Source: Vulcanimicrobiota bacterium (GTDB lineage Bacteria > Vulcanimicrobiota > Vulcanimicrobiia > Vulcanimicrobiales > Vulcanimicrobiaceae). From it: a stretch of DNA of 64,000 nucleotides. The position numbers and the translations under genes are program-made. Position 1 is the first letter of the stretch, and each line of letters opens with the position of its first letter. The stretch lies in NCBI GenBank assembly GCA_963795855.1, contig CAWCIZ010000002.1, positions 512,001 to 576,000 on the forward strand, given 5' to 3'. Of the stretch, positions 40,901-51,704 are shown piece by piece. Under the pieces are notes generated by a model that was given only the letters and a program-made list of their open reading frames with translations, made no database searches and had not been told where the DNA came from.

Positions 40901-41845
40901 ATGGGTGAACGGGGGCCTGAAATCAGCGTTATCATCCGCACTCGCGGCGACGACTCGCGCCGCGCCAGCCTTCGCCGTGCCATCGACTCGGTGCTCGAGC
41001 AAGAAGGCGTGCAAGCGCGGTGCATCGTCGTATTCAATGCCGTCCCATCGACCAAACTTCCGCCGGAACTCGAAGAGCCCAATCCCAACATCCTCTTGCT
41101 CTCGATGGCGCGCGAGGATAAGGCGTTGGCGACGTCCGTCGGCCGCGCCGCGGTTCAAACGAAGTACTTCACGTTCTTGGACGACGACGACGAACTGCTT
41201 GCGGACTCCCTCGCATATCGCGTGCGCTTCCTGGAGCGCGACCGGAGTCTGGATTGCTTGGCGACCAACGGCGAATACGTCATCGACGGCGCGAGCCGGC
41301 CCGCGCTGGTCGTAAAATCGGGATCCGCCACGGATTACGCAGACGAAATTCTGCGCGGCCGCAACTGGCTGGCTTCGTGCGGCGCGGTCTTTCGGACGCA
41401 CACGATCTGTCAAGAGTTTTTCGAACACCTGCCGGTTCACTTCGAGTGGACCGTCATCGGATTCCGCATCGCGGTGCGGCGCAAAGTGAAATACGTCAAC
41501 GTGCCCACGTACCGGATTTACAGCACTCCCGATTCCCAGTCGAAGATCCCAAATTACGTGGACACGCCGCCGGAGATCGTCGACGACATGCACCGTTGGA
41601 ACGACGCCTATCGCCGGCTTCCGCTTCTGCTTCGCCGGCGCGCCGTCGCGAACCACGAAGCGTGCTCGCACTACCGCCTGAACGGAAATTTTGCGCGCGC
41701 CTGGCACTATCACTGGAAGAGTCTCTCGAACGTCTTCGGCCTTGACTATGTGCCGTACACGCTGCTTCTGCTTGCGCGATCCCGCGCACCGATCCCGACG
41801 CTCAACGAACTTTTCAAAGGGTCGGCCGCGGAAAACTCGCCGTGA
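40901..41845 (+). CDS. Glycosyltransferase family 2
   Basis: ISVIIRT...LRRAIDSVLEQ, FTFLDDDD. Confidence 0.85.
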   Translation: MGERGPEISVIIRTRGDDSRRASLRRAIDSVLEQEGVQARCIVVFNAVPSTKLPPELEEPNPNILLLSMAREDKALATSVGRAAVQTKYFTFLDDDDELLADSLAYRVRFLERDRSLDCLATNGEYVIDGASRPALVVKSGSATDYADEILRGRNWLASCGAVFRTHTICQEFFEHLPVHFEWTVIGFRIAVRRKVKYVNVPTYRIYSTPDSQSKIPNYVDTPPEIVDDMHRWNDAYRRLPLLLRRRAVANHEACSHYRLNGNFARAWHYHWKSLSNVFGLDYVPYTLLLLARSRAPIPTLNELFKGSAAENSP

Positions 41846-42784
41846 AATCGCCGCTCTATTACGCCGAACGCATCGTCGCGCAGCCCAAGCGCTATCTAAA
41901 CCGCGACGTCTTCAGACGCGTCGTCAAAGAAGATACGCTGCGGTTGCGAACCAACGCCCGATACGCGGTGCCGTTCGTCCAGAAGCGGTTGTCCACGCGC
42001 AAGCGCCGCAAAGTGGCGGTCTTTCCGACGTCGATGAACTACTTCTTCCCCGCCGAATCCTACGTCGCTTGGAAAACGCTGCGGGCGTGCGGCGCGACGC
42101 TCTGTGGGGCCGGTGAAAAAGATACGCAGGCTGGCGATTGCGTGGAACCCATCGACGCAGTACGAACCGGATGCGCCGACGCTCGAACGGCTGCGGCAAC
42201 GCCATTACGTCGTGAACGGTGAGTGCACGGACATTCGCAAGTCGCGCGTCGGCGACGAGTTCTTCAACGTGTTCGGGTACCGGCTAGAAATCGATCCGTT
42301 GACGTACGACGGCATTTTGGTGCGCAAATCGGAGCGGAACGGCCCGCACGACGCGACGCTCTTGCAAGGCCCGCTCGCGAGCGTCGAACCCGGCTACGTC
42401 TATCAGCGGCTCATCGACTACCGCACGTCGTACGGGATGACGGAATGGCGCGTGCTGATCGTCGGCCGCCGCATCGTGCACGTCTACGCGAATTGCCGTC
42501 CCGTCGACAACCGCTTCGTCACGGTTGCGGCCAGAAGCGTCATATGCACGCTCGAGGAGACGTTCAGCCAGGACGAACGCCGCGACATCGAGCGGTTCAC
42601 GGATGCAATGCGATTGGATTTCGGGGCGCTGGACGTGCTGCGCGACGAACGTGACGGCCGCATCTACATTTGCGACTGCAATAACACGCCGACTGGCCCT
42701 TCATCGATCATGCCCGGGCGTTTGCAGGTACGAATCGTGCGCGATTTGGCGGAGGCTTTCGAGGCGGCGTACTTCCGGCAATGA
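41842..42784 (+). CDS. ATP-grasp-like protein; frameshift near 42130
   Basis: DIRKS, VRKSERNGPHD, YQRLID, EWRV, LDFGALDVLRD..DGRIYICDCNNTP. Confidence 0.65.
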
Positions 42785-42788
42785 CCGC

Positions 42789-43922
42789 GTGATTGCGGCG
42801 GCGCTGCTCCTTGCCGCATGGATCGGCACATGGGCAACTGCGCCCGTGCGTGCCGACGAGGCGATGTCGTTTCAGAACGAGACGCTGCGGCAGGTCGTCC
42901 ACGTCAGCATCGGCGGTTCGGAAGTTCGCGTGCGTTTCACGAACCGCTTCGGCGATGCGCCGGTGGTCATCGGCAGCGCAGCGATCGCTCTACAACGCGC
43001 TGGAGCAGTGCCCGAAACCGGAACGGAGCGTCGCTTGACGTTCATGGGCGCCGAATCGATAACGATTCCACCCCATGCGGACGTCTTTTCCGATGCGGTC
43101 TCGCTGCGCGTGAACGCGCTCAGCAATCTGCTCATCGACGCGTATCTTCCAGGACCCACAGGGCCTGCAACCGCACATTCGCTGGCGTATCAAACGAATT
43201 ATTACGCTGCGGGGAATCGCGCGGGTGCATCCGCAGTGGCGTTCGGCTCGACGTTCGAGTCGTGGTACTTTTTAGCGAGCGTCGACGTTTCCGGAACGCC
43301 GGCACGCGGCGCCGTCGTCGCGTTGGGCGATTCCATCACCGACGGAGCGGGCGGAAAAAAGAACGCCAACGATCGCTGGCCCGACTTCTTGGCAGCGCGC
43401 TTGAATTCGCTGCCGGCCGTCGAGCATCTGGGCGTGCTGAATGAAGGGATCTCCGGAAATCGCATTCTGCTGAGCCACGCCTTCTTCGGCCCCGATGCGC
43501 TCGCGCGCTTTGACGCGGACGTGCTCTCGCAAAGCGGCGCTGCCGACGTCATGCTGCTGCTCGGCATAAACGACATCCAGCAGGATCCGCATCAGTACGA
43601 TGCCGCACGCATCGAACAAGGGCTGCTTCAGTTGGTCGTCGCGGCGCGAACGCACGGGTTGCGCGTCGTCGGCTGCACGATTACGCCCTACGCGGGCTGG
43701 TTCAGTGACGACGGCAAAGGTGAAGCGACGCGCCTTGCGGTGAACGCTTTCATTCGGCGCAGCGGTCTTTTCGACGCGGTAGTCGATTTCGATGCGGTGG
43801 TGCGCGATCCGCGCGATCCGCACCGCCTTGCCGCGCCCTACGACAGCGGCGATCATCTCCACCCGAACGCCGCCGGGCATCGCGCCATGGCGGCCGCCGT
43901 GGACTTACGCGCGCTACGGTGA
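42789..43922 (+). CDS. SGNH/GDSL hydrolase
   Basis: ALGDSITDG, NEGISGNR, LGIND, DHLHPN. Confidence 0.92.
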   Translation: MIAAALLLAAWIGTWATAPVRADEAMSFQNETLRQVVHVSIGGSEVRVRFTNRFGDAPVVIGSAAIALQRAGAVPETGTERRLTFMGAESITIPPHADVFSDAVSLRVNALSNLLIDAYLPGPTGPATAHSLAYQTNYYAAGNRAGASAVAFGSTFESWYFLASVDVSGTPARGAVVALGDSITDGAGGKKNANDRWPDFLAARLNSLPAVEHLGVLNEGISGNRILLSHAFFGPDALARFDADVLSQSGAADVMLLLGINDIQQDPHQYDAARIEQGLLQLVVAARTHGLRVVGCTITPYAGWFSDDGKGEATRLAVNAFIRRSGLFDAVVDFDAVVRDPRDPHRLAAPYDSGDHLHPNAAGHRAMAAAVDLRALR

Positions 43923-44466
43923 GGGCGGCGGCGTTCCCTCGACTGCGATGAACGTCACCGTATCCCACGCGTTCCGGATTCCGACGAAGATCAGCAGCGC
44001 GGTGCCGGCCGCGAGTATGAATAGCGCCGGCCTTGGCCGCGATTGCAAGAGTATTGCAGCCGCGAGAATCGCCAGGTATGCCGCGAGCGGCACGACGGTG
44101 TACCAAAACCAGTCGTCGAACCGGGGAAGATAGGTCGAGCGCATGCGCATCATGCGCAGGCCGACGCGCGCGACGTACACCGCACCATAGCATCCCGCGA
44201 TCGCAATCAGTATGGACGGCCCTAGGAGCCGCATCCACGGCGCCGCGAGAATCACGGACACGAGCAGCGCGGCGCAAAAATGCACGACCGTCGGCGAGCT
44301 CGAAGGTTTCAACTCCGTCCCGCAAACTGGTTTGCGCGCGCTCCTGTCCGGCGACCAGGGTAATGACGACGAAAACCAATCCCGTCAGCGCCGCCGCCGC
44401 GGAGCCGGTGATCGTGTAGAACGTGGCCCACGCGGCGAACAGAGCGGATGCGTTCGCGTGCATCAC
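43914..44466 (-). CDS. Membrane protein; frameshift near 44302
   Basis: W.TFY...GSAAAALTGLVFVVIT...SPTVVHF...GIRNAWD. Confidence 0.7.
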
Positions 44467-44468
44467 GA

Positions 44469-44903
44469 TCAGTGATGCATCATCTGCATTTCGGGTCCGT
44501 GACCGCCGGTAAGCATGAGCAGAATGCCTCCGGGCGTTAGGTGTTCTCCGCCCATTGCCGGGTGATCTTTGGGCATCATCGACTGCACCTTTGCGCGCAT
44601 CGCGCTTGCAGCACTCAAGATGTGAGTTTTTTCGGCGGGCGAGAGCGCTGCGTCGAGGCGCGCTGCTGCCGCATCGTAATCCGGGTTGGTCGAGGTCGCG
44701 AGCCGTCCGGCAACTTGCGCCAACAGCGCTTTGTGCGCGGGCGTGAGATCGTTCAAGAGCTGCGCGCGCAACTGCTGATGCATTTGTCGCATCTGCTGCA
44801 TCTGCGCGCTGCTCATGTGGGACGTCATGGGTCCCGGATGCTGCGCGGCTGCGGGAGCCGCGGTCAATGCCGCCAAGGCGGCGGCTAGGAGCAAGCGTTT
44901 CAT
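44469..44903 (-). CDS. Small periplasmic helical Met/His-rich protein (Spy/CpxP-like LTP motif)
   Basis: Signal peptide MKRLLLAAALAA; LTPAHKA and LSPAEK; termini rich in Met and His. Confidence 0.65.
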   Translation of the reverse strand: MKRLLLAAALAALTAAPAAAQHPGPMTSHMSSAQMQQMRQMHQQLRAQLLNDLTPAHKALLAQVAGRLATSTNPDYDAAAARLDAALSPAEKTHILSAASAMRAKVQSMMPKDHPAMGGEHLTPGGILLMLTGGHGPEMQMMHH

Positions 44904-44998
44904 AGCGAAGACTCGGTAAGCTTGCCTAGGTTCTCCTGCAAGAAGCGACATATGCGTCCGTTCGAGGGCGAGGAAGCGCGACTCTTGAACCCAGCGGT

Positions 44999-47400
44999 AT
45001 GAGTTTGCGGGTGTTCCGTCGAGCGTTCCTCGCCATCGTTATCGCGCTGCTTCCCGTTGCCGCGCTCGCGCAAAGCCAGGAAAATGCGACCATCGTCATT
45101 CGCGTAACGGATGCGACGACGGGCAAGCCCATCGACAACGCGCAAGTCTACTTGCTGGGCGGCGACACGCCGGAGAATTCGCTGACGAACGCGCACGGCG
45201 TCCTGATTTTCGACGTTCCGCCGGCGCTCTATCACGTCCAAGTCAAAGCGCCCGGATACGCCGACAGCAATTCCGCCGAAGTGGATGCGGGCGAAGGACA
45301 GCACTTGGCGGTCGTCGTCAAGATGAGCCTGCGCATCATCGCAGACGTCGTGACGCACCCAAGCATCAGCGTTTCATCGGTGAACGTGGGCGAAGACGGC
45401 GCGCAGCGCAAGGTGTCGCAGTCACTTTCCGACGCATTGAACAAAATCGCCGGCGTGACCGTGGACGACCAACTCTACGGGGACAACTCGGCGTTCAACA
45501 TTTCGCTGCACGGCGCGGACGCATCGCAGACCGCGTACTCGATCGACGGCGTGCACATCGGCGGTGCGGGCGCGCAAGCCGTGAGCGGCCTGCAGGATCT
45601 GTTCAGCGGCAGTTCCATCAATTTTTCTCCGAGCGCCATCAGTACCGCGGGCAGCGTCAACTTCTACACCGCGCAGCCGACGAAGACTGTGGAGTTATCG
45701 CTTCACCGGGACCGTCGGAAACTACGGCAATACGCTCGGTACGTGGCTAGCAACCGGCGGCGGCGGTCGGTTCGCGTTCGCATTCGAGCACACGGGCGGC
45801 GGGCAAGATTATCCGCTCGACGGGCACTTTTTTGCCGATGAATCCGGTTCCGCGTACGTGCATCAGGGCGGTTTCGCTCGAAATGCAAACATGATGAAGG
45901 TCGCGGCCACGCTTTCGCCGGTCTCAACGCTCAAGTACACGCTGATTGGCGGGACGAACGACAACGCGTACATCTGCGCGAGTCAAACGACGCTGCTTCC
46001 GTGCGGACTCGGCCCCGATAGCGGTTCGCATAGTTCCGATATCGTTCAGACGCTCGGGTTCTCGTCTTTAGCCGGAGACACGCAATACAACCTGTTCGCG
46101 AACTACGGAAAGTTTCAGAATGTGCAGCGCCAGCCGTATCGCGCCGTAAACGGATCGCTCAGTCCGTACGAAGCATCGGATTCCTTTCCATGGTTTAATT
46201 CCGGCGCGTACTTGAGTTCGAGCGCGCGCCGGCATACGCTCTCCGGCGGATACTACGGTTCGCTGGATACGAGCACGTATACGTCGACGTACAACGCGGC
46301 ACAAACGCTTACCAGTTCGCGCTCCGAACGGTTCGGAAGCGCCTGGGTGAGCGACAAAGTCAAATCGAACGACAAACTCGCGCTCACCCACACGATCTCG
46401 CAAGCGGGCGGGACGGGAGTGGGAAGTTCGTTCGAACTCGACGAGGACGTGACGTGGCAGCCGCGCACGGCCGACGTCTTCAGCGCCGATCTGGGTATCG
46501 GCAGCAGCGAGCCGGCGAGCGCATTTACCGGCACGCTGGGCGACCCGCTCAGCGCGGATTTCGATTGCTACAACCAGTCGGCGTTCCTGCAAGGCCCGAG
46601 CGATCAGCCCGCGCACGAATCCTCGACGCAATACAGTTTGGGATGGCGTCACACGTGGAAGGACGGCTTCGTCGACGTGAACGCTTATCGCAACGGGTTC
46701 CTCGGTCAAACCGCGCGCGTGGCCGTTCCCTTCGCAGCCGAACCGGCTTCGCTATTTCCGAACGGACCGAATGCGTATCTGCAGCAACTGCAAGCGATCT
46801 GGTCTCAACCGACCGAATGCGGCAGCATGCCCTTCGATCCGTCGCGCGTGTACGTCGATCAGCTTGCGACGAACATCGGACAGGTACAGCAAGGATTTAC
46901 GGTGAGCGCGCAGATTCCGCATGGGCCGGTACGTTTTGCTGTATCCGAATTACGCTACGACCAACTCGTATTTTTCAACGCTCGATCCGCGGCTCTCGGC
47001 GACCGGAAGCCTGTACGCCGCGGGCGCGCAGTTGCCGCATCATCCGCTTCACACGGCCGGGCTAATCGTGGACGGAGTCATTCCACATTCCTCGCTCGAA
47101 TGGTTGGCCGACGCGCAGTTCACGTCTGCAAATAATCCGCAGAATCTTCCCGGTTACACGACCTACAGCGCCGGCCTGGTCGTTCACGCGCTGCGCGGCT
47201 CCCTCGAAATACTCGAGAGCAACATCTTCGGGAATCACACCGGTCTGTTCACGACGTATCAGGGCGTCAATCCGCTCGCGGTGCAAGGCGGCGGCACGTT
47301 TGCGTATGCGACGACGCCCCTAGCCCCGCGCACGTTCACCGTGGAATACGACGTACGCTGGCATCAGCACGAGAAAGCGAAGTCGCCCGTCAAGCACTGA
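44999..47400 (+). CDS. TonB-dependent-receptor-like outer-membrane protein with N-terminal carboxypeptidase-regulatory-like domain; frameshifts near 45689 and 46920
   Basis: Signal peptide, VTDATTGKPIDNAQV, plug-like LNKIAGV...ISLHG...YSIDGV...GSVNF, barrel end NLPGYT...NIFG...PRTFTVEY. Confidence 0.7.
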
Positions 47401-47458
47401 CCGCTGTACGCGCGAAACAGAAAAACCGGGAACTCGGTAGTACGAGTATGAGGCGGCG

Positions 47459-48067
47459 GTGGCGGGAGACTACGCGCGTGCGGTGTCCTATCTCGACCGG
47501 TCACGTATGCCGGCTTACGTTTCGTTTGTCGAGCGCACGTCGGCTCGCGGCATCGGCGGCGCGCAGAGCGACGACCAACGAATCTACGTGCGCATGTCGG
47601 ACGGCAAAATCGTCAGCGGCGTGCCTCCGGTCGGCTCTCATGCCGTCCGCAGCCCGAATGGCGACAGCGACAACCCTTTCCGCGGGGGTGGATTTTTCAA
47701 TCCGCAGTGCTACGTTCCCACGAATGAGTCACAAACGCGCTGGAACGGTCAGCCCGCAGTGCGCTTCCAGCTGCAAGCCATATGCAGCAACGAGAACGGA
47801 ATTACGGAATTGTACGCCGATCCCGAAACGCTCCGGCCCGTTGCGGCGGACGGCGTCATTCCTGATCCAGACGATCACGTGTCTGCCGCAGTCGAGCTGC
47901 GTTACGCAACCATTGGGCAGTACACCCTTCCCTCCAGCATTCGCGCACATGCCGTCGGCCATGGGTGGCTGTTTTGGGTGCGCGAGCGCGTGGAAGTGGA
48001 CTATTCGGCGTATCGGTTCTACACCACTGAAGAATTCACGCGACGGCAAGCGGCAAAACCGGATTAG
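47459..48067 (+). CDS. Hypothetical beta-rich protein
   Basis: Plausible-composition ORF ending in a VDYSAYRF-type motif. Confidence 0.55.
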   Translation: MAGDYARAVSYLDRSRMPAYVSFVERTSARGIGGAQSDDQRIYVRMSDGKIVSGVPPVGSHAVRSPNGDSDNPFRGGGFFNPQCYVPTNESQTRWNGQPAVRFQLQAICSNENGITELYADPETLRPVAADGVIPDPDDHVSAAVELRYATIGQYTLPSSIRAHAVGHGWLFWVRERVEVDYSAYRFYTTEEFTRRQAAKPD

Positions 48068-48082
48068 CAGCCGTACTTTAAG

Positions 48083-48550
48083 TCATAAGTCGCGCGCCAT
48101 GCGGCTTTCGCCAAGTGCTGCGGCGGCCGGATAAGCGACGAACCGGAATCCGTGCCGCCGGTAGAGCGCGATCGCGGTTTCGTTCGTGGTAACGACGTCG
48201 AGAGCGACACGGCGCAGTTTCCGCTCGACCGCCCAATCGATTACCGCGCGGACTAGTGCATCGCCGACGCCGCGGCCGCGGGCGAACGGCGCAACCCACA
48301 ATGAGATGAGTTCCGTCGCGAGATTGGCGTCCGGTGCGGTGGCGCTCACGATGCCGGCTGCGTTGCCATCGAGGTGCGCAATCAAGTTTAACGGGACACT
48401 CGCGAGGCGCGCACGCCAGCGCTGTTCCGTGTCCCCGGCGCCCTGCCACTCGGCGAGCGTCGACCCGAACGCGTAGGGCGCTTCCGCCAGCGCCGACAAG
48501 CGTACGTCGCGCCAGCTTTGCCAATCGTCGGGACGAAGAACGGTTACGAT
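48083..48550 (-). CDS. GNAT acetyltransferase (homology extends to ATC at 48550)
   Basis: LRPDDWQSWRDVRLSALAEAPYAFGS...SLWVAPFARGRGVG...N..AIALYRRHGF. Confidence 0.85.
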   Translation of the reverse strand: MVTVLRPDDWQSWRDVRLSALAEAPYAFGSTLAEWQGAGDTEQRWRARLASVPLNLIAHLDGNAAGIVSATAPDANLATELISLWVAPFARGRGVGDALVRAVIDWAVERKLRRVALDVVTTNETAIALYRRHGFRFVAYPAAAALGESRMARDL

Positions 48551-48789
48551 TAGGCGTCCCGGAATTCGAGACGGTCCAGGCGCGCGTTCACGTTCGTGAA
48601 ACCTTCATCGACGCGCGACTCCAAATTGGTCACGCGTCTTTCTACACGATCCAACCGCGACTCGACTCCCACGAAACGCGAGTCGATTGCATCGAAGCGC
48701 TTGTCGATTGCGTCGAAACGCGAACTTACCGCATCGCGAAAATCAATGAGGGCGTCGAGGATTTGTCCGGTCGTCGGCTGCTCGTACAT
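48550..48789 (-). CDS. Small heptad-repeat coiled-coil protein
   Basis: RFDAIDK-RFDAIDS-RFVGVES-RLDRVER-RVTNLES repeats. Confidence 0.7.
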   Translation of the reverse strand: MYEQPTTGQILDALIDFRDAVSSRFDAIDKRFDAIDSRFVGVESRLDRVERRVTNLESRVDEGFTNVNARLDRLEFRDA

Positions 48790-48849
48790 AGAAGGTCGCC
48801 TAGGCTACGCTTTTTGCCGCCATGTTTCCTCGCGATGCTATAATACGGG

Positions 48850-49765
48850 TGTGCTCGCCGCAGCCGCCGCGCCGCCCGATCCGTATGCCATCTACGACCG
48901 CGCACGCACGTATTGGGACGATGCGGTATACCCGCGCTCCCTCGCGTACGAAATCGTCGTTACCGTGAAACGCAACGCGGTCGTCTCATCGGCGCACTAC
49001 CATGCGTACTACGACACGCTCGCGGACAAAGTCACGTTGAACGCGGTCAGCGACGAGGAATCGGAGCATCCGTACACGCCGAGAGGGATTAAGACCGCTA
49101 TCAACCTTTCGCTCTACGGAGTGCCGCTCAAATCCATTCCGCTCAGCGCGCCGGAACGCACGTTTGACTATCTCGGCGTGCCCGTGCTCTCGCCCACGTT
49201 CTCATTTGGAATGGCCCACGCGCTGCCGCATACGCAAGGCACCAATCCTGCCGATTTGATACGGCAAATCCGAGCGCAATTTCACGATCAGGAGGCTGCG
49301 CGTTCTCCCGTGCCGCATGGGGCGTTGAAAACGATCGCGTCGGTCGCCGTGGCGCGGCGAAGTTACACGATCGTGCTGGCCGGCATGACGCCGGTAGCGG
49401 GACATGTCGACTATCATTTGAGGCTGACGCCCGTTAGGGATCCGTCGCGCTATCGCATTCGCGAACTCTTCATCAATACGCAGACGTTCGCAACGGATCG
49501 CATGTGCACACAGGGCAATTTCACGGCCGGACAGCTTGCGGCAATTCCATGGGTTCTGACGTTCCGGCAAGTCGGCGGCGCGCCGCTCATCGAATCGGAG
49601 CAGTCGGCGTCGGGCTTCGTCTTCGACAGACGGCGTTACGACGGCGCGAGCGTAAGTTTTACGATGATTAACGCGCAAGGACTCCCGCCGTATGCGAGCC
49701 TATCGACCTTTGCCACCAATGCGCAGACCGCCCCCGAGATCCTCGCCGAGCCCGCAACGGAATAG
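48850..49765 (+). CDS. Hypothetical exported protein (start approximate)
   Basis: Long ORF: AAAAPPDPYAIY...YHLRLTPVRDPSRYRIRELFI. Confidence 0.6.
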
Positions 49766-49812
49766 ACCTATCGGCACGCGACCCAGCCGGAAAAAGGCTG
49801 TATACTCCGGGC

Positions 49813-51700
49813 ATGAATTCGCGCGTCCGCGTTTTGGTCGCGGGATTGACGTGCGTCTTTTTGCTGGCCGTACCGCCCCGTCCAGCTCCGGCGCTCCCGC
49901 ATGCCGTGAGTACCGCGCCGTGCGGCGCGCCTCTCCCAGGGGGACAGGCTTGCGAATCCTCCGCAAGTCGAAGTCGGTACGCTTCCGCTGGACGATCGCG
50001 GCCGGCACGAACTGATTCTGCGCGTGGCGCGGGACCACGATCGCTTCTGCTTCCGCTATATGCTGAACGGTGTCGCGCAGGATAGCGCGCCCATTTTACG
50101 CGCGCATCGGGGCGAGCGCTTCGCGCTCCGCATCGTCAACGAGTTGCGCGGGCCCGCAAGCGGCGCCACGCTGCCCGCGAGCGCTCTCGCTCCGTGCAGC
50201 CCGCGCTCTATGCCGGCGATGATGCCCAAGCAGTACGCCGGCTATCTGAACCACACCATTCGCTCGCGCGCGATGCCCATGCCGGATACGGACGTAAATC
50301 TGCACCTCCACGGTTTCGAGGGGCCGGCGGCGCAAGAGAACGTATTTCTGTCGACGCTCAGCACGCCGATGCACGCGTGCGAGTACGACATTACGATCCC
50401 GGCTACGCAGCCGCCCGGAACGTATTTTTATCATCCCCACGCGCACGGCATGGCGGGAGACGAAGTAGGCGGCGGACTTGCCGGAATGTGGATTGTCGAT
50501 CCCGACTCGCCGCAAATTTCCTCTGAGGACGAGCATCCGATAATCTTGCAATATCGCGTGCCGTATGTGAACGACAACAATTTTCTTCCCGCCACCGGCG
50601 CGCTCGGTAGTGCAGCCCTAGCGCACGAAGCGACGTTGCGTCCAGCCGCACGCGTCTCGTACAATCCATTCGATCCGCCGCCCTGGCCATCGTCATTTCC
50701 GGTGCGTTCCGGCACCGAATCACTCGTGGGCTTTTGCGGAAACCGGAGCGGCACGCTGCTTGCCGTAAACGGCGTCGACGCGCCGGCGCGGCTGACTGTA
50801 CCAGCGGGTCGACCGCAACTCCTCCGACTGCTCAACGCCACATCGGACAGCGTCGAATTTCTCCACGTCAAGGATGCCGCGGGACGCATGCAGACGCTGC
50901 ACGTCGTCGGCCGCGACGGGGTGCCGGTCGGTGGCGACGACGCGCATCCGCTTTCCCGCTATATCGCGATGCGCGAAATGGAACTGGTTCCGACGGGTCG
51001 CGTGGACGTATTGCTGACCCTCAAAGCGGGGGATGTCCTCACGCTCTACGGCGATCATCACTGCATCGCGCCGCTCGACGAATTCCACGTCAGTCACGAC
51101 GTCCTCAAAATCATCGCCGGTCCCGCCGTCGCGAACCCGGCGACGATCGCATCCGCGCCGTTGCAACCGGCTGAATCACCCGCGCTTGCGCTGCTGCAGT
51201 TCGCGCGTGAGAATCCGAGCGCGGTTCGCCGGCGAGCCATCACCTATACCGAATACGCGATTCCGAACGCGAGCGGCCACGGCGGTCATGCGGAATATTA
51301 CATCACCGAAACGAGCGTTCGAAATTTCCACGAGCATCCGTACTGGCCGCAATACCGCAAAGGCGCCGTGGTTCCGCAGCCCGACATCGTGGTGAAGCAA
51401 GGAACGATTGAGGAATGGTATCTTTTCAACGCGACGCTGGAGGAGCACTCGTTCCACATCCATCAGATGGCGTTCGTCGCGGAAGACGCCGCGCCCGGGC
51501 CGGCGACGGTCGATACCGTACTCGTTCCAGTGGGCCGCTTACTGCCGAATAAGGCCAATCCCGATTATCCGTTGATAAAGCCGTCCGTCACACACGTGCT
51601 GCTGGATTTTCGCCACGTCCCTCGCGGAACGTTCCTCTTCCACTGTCACATGCTGTTCCACGAAGATCGCGGAATGATGGCCGTGATTCGCGTCGAGTAA
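49813..51700 (+). CDS. Multicopper oxidase (laccase-like); frameshift near 49940 after the signal peptide
   Basis: NLHLHG, YHPHAHG, HSFHIHQ, HCHMLFHEDRGMM give the full T1/T2/T3 ligand set. Confidence 0.92.
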
Positions 51701-51704
51701 CCGC

